A stretch of 64,000 bases of DNA from a virus. The stretch lies in IMG/VR virus record IMGVR_UViG_3300027057_000001, positions 1 to 64,000 of that record. One strand, given 5' to 3'. A program made the position numbers and the translations under genes. Below the pieces are notes generated by a model. The model was not told where the DNA came from and searched no databases. It worked only from the letters and a program-made list of their open reading frames with translations. Below are positions 8,226 to 15,447 of the stretch, piece after piece (the stretch's first letter is position 1; each line of letters opens with the position of its first letter).

Positions 8226-10412
8226 TTAGTTCAGGAAGGGGGCGTTGGGCTTGGGGTCGTCATCGTCATCGTCATCGGACCAGTCCTCGAACAGCGGGCC
8301 ATCGCTCTCGGGCTTGGGCTCCTCGCGGAGCGTTGGGACCTGATCGTCGGCCTCGTCGCGGACCATGAAGGTCGGCTCCAGACCGGCCTCAAAGATGAAG
8401 GGGCTGGCGCTCGCGGGGCGCACGCGGTCGCCGACAGCGATCTCGCTCACGCAGGAGACTTCCAGGCGCTCCTTCGCTCGGGTGACGCCGACGTAGAACA
8501 GGCGGCGCTCTTCTTCGATGTCCTCGCTGCGAGCGTGGGGCAGCACGTACTCGTTGCAGCCGGTCATGAAGACGTTCTCCCACTCCAGACCCTTGGACCT
8601 GTGGAGCGTGGTGAGGATGACCTTGTTGGGCTTTTGACCCTTGCGGTAGGCACCCTTCGATGCTTCGGCCAGGTCGTCGATGAAGTCGAGCAGTTCCTTG
8701 ACCGTGGGGAAGCGGCGCGCGGCCCGAATCAACTCGCGGACGTTCGAGACGCGGCTGTTCTCGGTGGTCTCCTCGCCCTCGTCCTTCACCAGCCAGTCGG
8801 TGTAGCGGGTGGCCAGCACGATGTCTTCGAGGATGTTGACCGGCTTGCCCCGGTCCCAGGCGTCGGTGTCGCGCTGGGCGGTCTCCTGCTCGGAGATGCG
8901 CTCCATGCAGTCGGCCAAGATGTCGGACCACTCGTTGGCGCTGATGCGCTGGCGGTTCTGCACGCGGGCCATGTTGCACGCCTCGCGGACGACGCTCGGC
9001 CAGTGGACTCGCTTGCCCTGCTTCTTCGCTGCGCGGCGAGCGTTCTTGGCCACGCCAGTGACCTTCTCCACGAACGCCTTGCCCAGGAACCTGAAGGGCG
9101 CGTTGATGCAGCGGCGGACGTCGTCCAGGGTGCCACGGCCCTCGGCGATGCGGAGGTACGCGAGCAGATCCTTGACCTCCTTGCGGTTGTAGAAGTTCGT
9201 GCCGCCCACGACCATGTAGGGGATGCGACGGGAGATGAGCGCTTCCTCCGGGGCTCGGGACTGGGCGTTCGTCCGGTAGAGGAGCGCGCAGTCCTTGGGC
9301 TGGGTGCCGTCTTCGATCATCTCCGCGATCTGCCCGGCGATGGCGTCGGCTTCCTCATCGAGGCTCTGGTACTGGTGGCAGACGACCTCGCCTTCGGTTC
9401 CCTTCTCGTAGACCATGTGCATGTCCAGGCGAGTCGAGGGGTCCATGGCGTCGAGCACGCGGTTGGCGGTGTCGATGATGGCCTGCCCGCAGCGGTAGTT
9501 GCGGCTCATCTTGACGACCTCGGCACCCCAGCGTTCCTCGAAGGAGAGCAGCATCGAGGGCATCGCTCCGCGCCAGGCGTAGATGGCCTGCGCCGGGTCG
9601 CCGACCAGGAGGTAGTTGCGGTGGTCCTTGGCCAGTAGCTCACCCAGCACCAACTGGACCTTGTTCTGGTCCTGTGCCTCGTCCTGAAGCACGTAGTCCC
9701 AGCGGCGAGCCCAGCGCTTGCGGACGTCTTCGCGCTCCTGAAGCAACTCGGCGGCGTCGATCATCATGTCGTCGAAGGTGACGAGTTCTCGGTCGCGCCG
9801 AATCTCCTCGGCCCGCTCGTACACGCGGTTGAGCATGGTCGGGTCGGCCTTCGCTGGACCGTACTGGTAGTAGTAGCGCTCCTTCGCGATCTCCATGGCA
9901 TCATCGGAGTAGGGCCGGGCCATGTTCGACTTGCAGAAGGAGATGAAGTCGCAGGTCATGTTGACGTCGCAGGACTTCCAGTTCAACTCGCGGAACCCGG
10001 CAGCGTCCTTCACGCAGTAGCGGTAGCGGTCCTTGCCGTCTACCTCGCCCAGGTAGCCACGGATCTCGCTCTTGCAGATTTCGAGCGCGACAGAGTGGAA
10101 GGTGCCGATGCGTGCCCCGGAGTTGGGGAGCATCTTGGCCAGCCTGTCGTTCATCTCGTCGGCACCGGCCTTCGAGAAGGTGACCGCGAGGATGCGCGCG
10201 GGGTTCACGTTGCGCTGTGACACGAGGTAGGCCACGCGGTGGACGAGCGCACGGGTCTTGCCCGCACCGGCCACGGCGGCGACGAGGATCGGCCCCTTGC
10301 CGAAGACGACGGCTGCTTCCTGCTCGGGGTTGAGCCCCTTCAGGAGGGTCTTCGCGTCGATGGCGACGGCTGCGGCTGTAGCGGTAGCTGCGAGGATCTT
10401 CTTCAGGCCCAT
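8226..10412 (-). CDS. uvrD: UvrD/PcrA/Rep superfamily 1 DNA helicase
   Basis: AVAGAGKT, VTFSK, DEAQD, VGDPAQAIY, NYRC, LYRTNAQS, TLHRSKGLEW, EERRLFYVGVTRA. Confidence 0.95.
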   Translation of the reverse strand: MGLKKILAATATAAAVAIDAKTLLKGLNPEQEAAVVFGKGPILVAAVAGAGKTRALVHRVAYLVSQRNVNPARILAVTFSKAGADEMNDRLAKMLPNSGARIGTFHSVALEICKSEIRGYLGEVDGKDRYRYCVKDAAGFRELNWKSCDVNMTCDFISFCKSNMARPYSDDAMEIAKERYYYQYGPAKADPTMLNRVYERAEEIRRDRELVTFDDMMIDAAELLQEREDVRKRWARRWDYVLQDEAQDQNKVQLVLGELLAKDHRNYLLVGDPAQAIYAWRGAMPSMLLSFEERWGAEVVKMSRNYRCGQAIIDTANRVLDAMDPSTRLDMHMVYEKGTEGEVVCHQYQSLDEEADAIAGQIAEMIEDGTQPKDCALLYRTNAQSRAPEEALISRRIPYMVVGGTNFYNRKEVKDLLAYLRIAEGRGTLDDVRRCINAPFRFLGKAFVEKVTGVAKNARRAAKKQGKRVHWPSVVREACNMARVQNRQRISANEWSDILADCMERISEQETAQRDTDAWDRGKPVNILEDIVLATRYTDWLVKDEGEETTENSRVSNVRELIRAARRFPTVKELLDFIDDLAEASKGAYRKGQKPNKVILTTLHRSKGLEWENVFMTGCNEYVLPHARSEDIEEERRLFYVGVTRAKERLEVSCVSEIAVGDRVRPASASPFIFEAGLEPTFMVRDEADDQVPTLREEPKPESDGPLFEDWSDDDDDDDPKPNAPFLN

Positions 10413-10500
10413 GGTGTACCTCCTGCTGGTTCTTGCCAGCCCGTTCTTCGGGTGCGAGCCCCATGGTTGAGCACCGCACCCGGTTCGTTGACTCCCCCTC

Positions 10501-10528
10501 AATTTAGGGGATGGTTTGCGATTGTCAA
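10501..10528 (-). promoter_or_regulatory. early-type promoter driving uvrD
   Basis: TTGACA-atcgcAAACCAtcccc-TAAATT. Confidence 0.75.
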
Positions 10529-11043
10529 GCCCTCTTCGTGGCCTTGCACTTCGGGAAGTCGATGCACCCGTAGAAGGGGGTGAACTGCTTCTTCGCGCCA
10601 CGCTTCGGTCGGCGGAGAGCCATCGGGCAGCCGCAGTCGGGGCAGACCTCGATCTGATGGGCCTGACCGTAGCCCTCGCGAATGGTGTCGGTCAGCCGGT
10701 CCAGGCACGCCTGGGGGCGGTCTTCCGGGTGGAGGTTGTTCGGAGCGGTGCGGAGCACCTTCCGAGACTTGCCCAGGGGCCGGAACTCGCCGTCGAAGAT
10801 GACGCCGACGACAACGCGCATGGCGTCCGAGTCACACACCCGGAGACGGTCTGCACCCTCGGTCAGGGTGGTGTACACGCGGAGCGCGCCGCGCCCGGAG
10901 TGGTGGTTGTACTCGAAGACCACTTCGCGACCCTGAACGGTCTCCTGATAGGAGCCGCCCGCGCTGACGATCTTGTCGCCGACCGCGCGAAGAGCGAGAA
11001 GAAGAGCCTGAGCGGTGATTTCAACGAATCTCGACTTTGCCAT
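10525..11043 (-). CDS. protein with C-terminal topoisomerase-type C4 zinc ribbon
   Basis: CPDCGCPMALR..FYGCIDFPKC; conserved early leader. Confidence 0.75.
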   Translation of the reverse strand: MAKSRFVEITAQALLLALRAVGDKIVSAGGSYQETVQGREVVFEYNHHSGRGALRVYTTLTEGADRLRVCDSDAMRVVVGVIFDGEFRPLGKSRKVLRTAPNNLHPEDRPQACLDRLTDTIREGYGQAHQIEVCPDCGCPMALRRPKRGAKKQFTPFYGCIDFPKCKATKRA

Positions 11044-11065
11044 GGTGTCCTCCGTCCTCCCTCAC

Positions 11066-11093
11066 AACCTAACCAATGGTTTGGCTCTGTCAA
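11066..11093 (-). promoter_or_regulatory. early-type promoter
   Basis: TTGACA-gagccAAACCAttggt-TAGGTT. Confidence 0.8.
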
Positions 11094-11151
11094 CAGGCTG
11101 GAGGACAGATTTCTGGCAAGGGGGTTCGGAGGCCCTGGGCTGTCGTGAGCC

Positions 11152-11385
11152 CTACGCTGCGGAGGCGGCTGCGGGCTCGATGGCGAAGATGGCGGCGGGG
11201 TCACCAACGGCGACGAGGAAGCAGTGTTCGTGCATGTAGCCCCACACTGTCTTCTGCTCGAAGTCGGGCAGGTCTTCCTCAGTCACTTCGTGAAGGTGTC
11301 CCTTGCCGACCTCCACAACCTTGTCCGTGGGGGCGATGCGCCCGCCACAGCCGCGACACTTCCGGTGATCGTTTTCGGTCGTCAT
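11152..11385 (-). CDS. small Zn-binding protein
   Basis: CRGC..HEHC. Confidence 0.6.
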   Translation of the reverse strand: MTTENDHRKCRGCGGRIAPTDKVVEVGKGHLHEVTEEDLPDFEQKTVWGYMHEHCFLVAVGDPAAIFAIEPAAASAA

Positions 11386-11433
11386 ACCTAGAAGTTTGAC
11401 CATATAGGATGACGCTGTCAAGACTGGCGAAAC

Positions 11434-12075
11434 TCAGAGCACGACGTCGCCGACGCAGTTCCAGGGTCCTGATGCGATGGTCTTCGACTGTCCACGGTAG
11501 AGGTTGTAGTCGAGCCCGCTGGCCGTGGTCCAGCCGGTGAAGTCAACGGTCATCGAGGTGGGAGAGAGCACGGAGAGGATCATGTAGTGCTGGTTATTGA
11601 TGTGGATGATGTCGCCGAGGCCAACCCCGGCAGCAACGAAGTCGGTGCCAGTGCCCTGGACGACACGCTGGCCAGCGACAACGGTGACGGTCCCCGGAGC
11701 TTCCGCGATGTGCTCGACGGCCTTCGTCAACTCCAGGTCCCAGTTCATGAGCCCCAGCGGGTGCTGGTAGGTGTCCGACTTGCGGATCTTGATTCGAGCC
11801 CGGCCAGAGGTCTCGTTGACGAACTCGATCTCGGCGGGCAGCGCGGAGGACTTGTAGATCTGGAGCCCTTCATTGCCGACCACAAGCTCGCTCGCGTTGA
11901 AGGTCGTGCCGTAGCCCTGCTTCGCGCCGAAGCGGAGGATGGAGCGGTCGATGGAGACGATGCCTGGCGGGTCGCGGTCGTCCTGGACCTGCACGTCGAT
12001 GTCGAATGAGTCCCCGCGCCGGAACTTGATCTCCTGGCGGTGGGGGATGACGGTTGCTGAGAGTGCTGGGAACAC
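11434..12075 (-). CDS. putative virion/tail-associated beta-rich protein
   Basis: GGAGGTGA RBS plus GTG; RRGDSF N-terminus and GTVTV..VQGTGTDF motif typical of tail-fibre/baseplate proteins. Confidence 0.5.
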   Translation of the reverse strand: MFPALSATVIPHRQEIKFRRGDSFDIDVQVQDDRDPPGIVSIDRSILRFGAKQGYGTTFNASELVVGNEGLQIYKSSALPAEIEFVNETSGRARIKIRKSDTYQHPLGLMNWDLELTKAVEHIAEAPGTVTVVAGQRVVQGTGTDFVAAGVGLGDIIHINNQHYMILSVLSPTSMTVDFTGWTTASGLDYNLYRGQSKTIASGPWNCVGDVVL

Positions 12076-12160
12076 GCCGATCACCTCCACGGCTGAAGGA
12101 ACCACGCCAAGGATGCCAACCGACGCGAAGCCGATCAGGATGTCGCGGTTGCGACCTTCT

Positions 12161-12472
12161 TCACCTTGCGGGCAGCCCATCCTGGTCCCTGCTGACGATC
12201 TGCACGGTGACCCGGATGTCGCGCACGGCACCGGCAGCCATCATCATCGTGCGGATCGCTTCGGCGTGCTTGCCCCGGCGACCGATGAGAGTGCCGGTGT
12301 CGGTGTCGTCGCAGATGACCTCGAAGGCGATGAAGCCACGACCCTGGGCCGGGTTGACCACCACCTCTTCGGGCCTGTCCACGATCATCTTCGCCATGTG
12401 GACCAGAAGCTCTTCCAGTTCCACGAACGGGTCTGGTTGCTCCCTCATCACCTTCTCCTCGGCTGCGCCCAT
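12161..12472 (-). CDS. khpA: single KH-domain RNA-binding protein, KhpA-like
   Basis: IVDRPEEV..DTGTLIGRRGKHAEAIR (GxxG loop). Confidence 0.85.
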   Translation of the reverse strand: MGAAEEKVMREQPDPFVELEELLVHMAKMIVDRPEEVVVNPAQGRGFIAFEVICDDTDTGTLIGRRGKHAEAIRTMMMAAGAVRDIRVTVQIVSRDQDGLPAR

Positions 12473-12539
12473 TGACCTCTCTCCTTCGGCTCGGTTCTAT
12501 GGTACAGTACCACCAACCCTTGGCGAAGGAGAAGGTGAC

Positions 12540-12848
12540 ATGCCATCCAAGACGAAACCACAGGACATTCTCGACCGAATCTCGTGGGTGAAGAACCTCC
12601 CGGACGGCGGCGGCTCGTGGGGGCAGGGCATCACCGGGACTGGTGAGGCCACTGCTCGCGAGGTTGCAGATCTGGAGAAGACGAAGGCCAACATCCAGGA
12701 GCAGATCAACAAGCGCCTCCGCGTCATGCGAGCGCTCCCAGGCCGTGCAGAGCGCGAGGCCCCGCTGATGTACGACGACAAGGCGGTCGCCAAGGCACAG
12801 GCCGAGGTGGTCACGAAGGCACCAGAGCCAGACCCCACGGGCGAGTAG
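12540..12848 (+). CDS. hypothetical protein
   Basis: RBS plus MPSKTKPQ start; divergent from khpA. Confidence 0.6.
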   Translation: MPSKTKPQDILDRISWVKNLPDGGGSWGQGITGTGEATAREVADLEKTKANIQEQINKRLRVMRALPGRAEREAPLMYDDKAVAKAQAEVVTKAPEPDPTGE

Positions 12849-12950
12849 CCCCGCACAACACAGTTGACAAGCGGAACCCATAGCACAATACTGCTATGGT
12901 AGAAGGAGTCCTGCACCCTGGACCTGTCACCGAAGGCGAAGGAGGACGAG

Positions 12951-13829
12951 ATGGGCGGACAGGCATTCGATGCACCTCGGAAGCAACTCTTCATGTTCAG
13001 GCCGGAAGACCTGGTCATCGTCGGGCTCGACCCGCCGTTCGAGAACGCACCCGAGGACCACGAGCTTTACGACAAGCGCAAGGACCGCAAGCTGGAGCCC
13101 ACGTTCATCGAGGACATCTGCCTGAACAGCGTCATGCAGAGCGTGGACGTGACGAAGGTCGGCGGCATCCCGTTGGTCGTGGACGGAAGGCAGCGGACCA
13201 GGGGCGCTCGTGAGGCGAAGAAGAAGCTCATCGCGCGAGGTGTCCCGGAGGAAGAGGTCGAGGAACTGATCCGCGTGCCCGTTCGGTTCATCCAGATGGA
13301 GGACCCGGCGACGATGCTCGCCAGGCTCATCTCGGCGAACAGCCATCGTCACGACGACGGCATTATCGAGAAGGCCGAGAAGGCGGCGCGACTCATCAAC
13401 CTGGGCAAGACCCAGAAGGAGGTCGCGACTCGCAACGGGGTGAGCACCAGCACGATGTCGAACTGGCTGAAGGTGCTCCAGTGCATCCCTGCCGTGAAGC
13501 GGGCGGTGGACCAGGGCGTCATCAGCGCCAGCGCGGCTGCCGAGCTTGCCGGGCTCGACCCGGACGAGCAGAAGCGCATCCTGGACGAGATGATCGAGGA
13601 AGGCGCGACGACCATCGCCGACGCGAAGAGCAGGTCCGCGAGTTCGGCGGGCGGCTCCGCGCCGAAGAAGCCGGGGAAGAAGATCGTGCGCTTCATCCTC
13701 GACAAGCACGACGATCTCATCGAGTCCAACCCAGTGGGGGCGGTGAAGTGGGCCATCGGAGACCTGGACCCGGAGGACGACTGGCCCGACCTCTACGATG
13801 CCATCCAGGAAGCCGAGTCGGTCTCGTGA
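12951..13829 (+). CDS. ParB/Spo0J-like protein with HTH
   Basis: VVDGRQR arginine patch, SANSHR, HTH TQKEVATRNGVSTSTMSNWL. Confidence 0.8.
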   Translation: MGGQAFDAPRKQLFMFRPEDLVIVGLDPPFENAPEDHELYDKRKDRKLEPTFIEDICLNSVMQSVDVTKVGGIPLVVDGRQRTRGAREAKKKLIARGVPEEEVEELIRVPVRFIQMEDPATMLARLISANSHRHDDGIIEKAEKAARLINLGKTQKEVATRNGVSTSTMSNWLKVLQCIPAVKRAVDQGVISASAAAELAGLDPDEQKRILDEMIEEGATTIADAKSRSASSAGGSAPKKPGKKIVRFILDKHDDLIESNPVGAVKWAIGDLDPEDDWPDLYDAIQEAESVS

Positions 13830-13885
13830 GATCTCTTCGGTCGAATGGGGGTTGACAGAGGCTCAGGATGCTGTAACTTGCCTGA

Positions 13886-14186
13886 CACATCCGGGGCGCA
13901 GTCAGGGTGCAGCCAAGCCGAAAGGCAGGCAAAACCCGGCAGCAACGCCACCTCGGATAGGGCGGGTCCTACCGCTGACTGGCGTCGTTGAGGGTGGCTG
14001 GCACCATCCAAGAGAGGCGTCGAAATAGGGCTTGGGGCTGAAGCGCCATCCCGGTCCAGAGGGACCGTAGACCGACAGGTGGAGTTGAGGGGAAGCGCCC
14101 AGAGCGGACCCCGGACACTGTGAAGCCGGTCGGCCCCTCACTCGTTGACCCTGGTGGGAACCCGGTGGGAACCCGCTGGGGTTTTC
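13886..14186 (+). ncRNA. putative structured ncRNA of unknown family
   Basis: own TTGACA-16-TAACTT promoter (13852), no convincing ORF, nested stems, GNRA loop, terminator-like end. Confidence 0.55.
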
Positions 14187-14254
14187 GTGTATTTTGGACC
14201 CGGATCATCCTGACCCGGTTGACATATCCATTTGACGACATAAGATGGACACAT

Positions 14255-14504
14255 GGGCCGGAATGGGGGCAACCCCAAATGGCCCTGCTGTCGGAGGCCA
14301 TGGCCTGCTAGCGGTTCACACTGCGACAGCGAGGCTCTAAGACGCTTGGGCCGCGAGGCACGTACAGTAAGCCCTCGTGCTGGGGATCGAGGCCCCAGGT
14401 GGGTAAAGGGTGGTTCGACTCCCCCACGGAGCCCTGTTTCACTGGGAATCACCTCCCGGGGTGTAGCCCGGGGTCGGACGCCTCATCCGGCTCCGGGCAT
14501 TTTT
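14255..14504 (+). ncRNA. putative structured ncRNA with T-loop-like hairpins
   Basis: TTGACA-16-TAAGAT promoter (14219), several hairpins, GGTTCGACTCC, terminator. Confidence 0.5.
14466..14504 (+). terminator. rho-independent terminator
   Basis: GCCCGGGGTCGGA/TCCGGCTCCGGGC stem followed by ATTTTT. Confidence 0.75.
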
Positions 14505-14521
14505 GTGCTACCGTGCGACCC

Positions 14522-14920
14522 GTGGACACAGAGAGCACGCACATCCTGGCGGAGTTCTGGGACTGCAAGGAAGACCTCAACGACCAGTGTCTCATCCGAG
14601 ATCACATGCTCAGGGCGACCCACGAGGCCAACGCTGACCCGCTGAACGTCTTCTCGAAGAGCTTCGAGCCCCAGGGCGTCAGCGTGCTCATAGCCGTCTC
14701 GGAGAGCCACCTCTCCATCCACACCTGGCCAGAGAAGGGGTACGCAGCGGTGGACGTGTTCACCTGCGGAAAGACGACGGAGCCCGTCAAGGCCATCGAG
14801 TATCTGAGGGAGGCGTTGCGCCCGAGAAGGCTCGACATCGCCAAGCTCAACCGTGGCCGAAAAAGGGGCATTGGGATGACTTCTTTCTCGAAGTCGGGTA
14901 CGTGTTGTAGACTGGGCTAA
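14522..14920 (+). CDS. speD: S-adenosylmethionine decarboxylase proenzyme
   Basis: FEPQGVS..SESHLSIHTWPEKGYAAVDVFTCG. Confidence 0.92.
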   Translation: MDTESTHILAEFWDCKEDLNDQCLIRDHMLRATHEANADPLNVFSKSFEPQGVSVLIAVSESHLSIHTWPEKGYAAVDVFTCGKTTEPVKAIEYLREALRPRRLDIAKLNRGRKRGIGMTSFSKSGTCCRLG

Positions 14921-14934
14921 CGTCGGGAGGAATC

Positions 14935-15444
14935 ATGGCCGTCAACACGACTTTCAGCATGTTCCAGCAGTTGCTTCGGAACAGCGTGAACAACGACTCC
15001 TCGCTGGAGGCAACGCTGAAGGCGGCGCTCCTCCTGCGAATCGACTACCTGTGCCGAGACGAGCCCCACATCATGGGGTCGGGCCAGGTCAACGCCATCA
15101 GCGGCGGCACGGTGGACGAAGCCACCGACTCCATCCTGGTCCCCAGCGGCTCCGGGGCGGAGATCACCTACGACCTCATCACCTTCGGCACGCCTGTCAG
15201 CATCGACGGGACCAAGACGTCCATCGGGCTGCTCCTGGGGAACATCGGCCAGGGCTCGAATCCCGCCGTGGCGGAGTCGGACATCACGCTCCAGTACCGC
15301 GAGAGCGAGTCCGATGCCTGGAAGGCGTTCGGTCGCACCGTGGTGCTCGACAACATCTCCAGCGTCCAGTTCAAGGCCACCGTCGCGGTCCAGGGAGCGG
15401 ACGCGGACATGCCGCAGCTTCACCTCGTGGCGGAACAGGACTAG
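14935..15444 (+). CDS. hypothetical protein, possibly virion-associated
   Basis: GGAGG RBS, 169 aa, beta-rich. Confidence 0.65.
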   Translation: MAVNTTFSMFQQLLRNSVNNDSSLEATLKAALLLRIDYLCRDEPHIMGSGQVNAISGGTVDEATDSILVPSGSGAEITYDLITFGTPVSIDGTKTSIGLLLGNIGQGSNPAVAESDITLQYRESESDAWKAFGRTVVLDNISSVQFKATVAVQGADADMPQLHLVAEQD

Positions 15445-15447
15445 GAC

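Noticed and set aside
13900-13945. c-di-GMP-I riboswitch
   Set aside because: A GAAA tetraloop and GCAAA are present, but I could not build the remaining consensus and no gene follows directly
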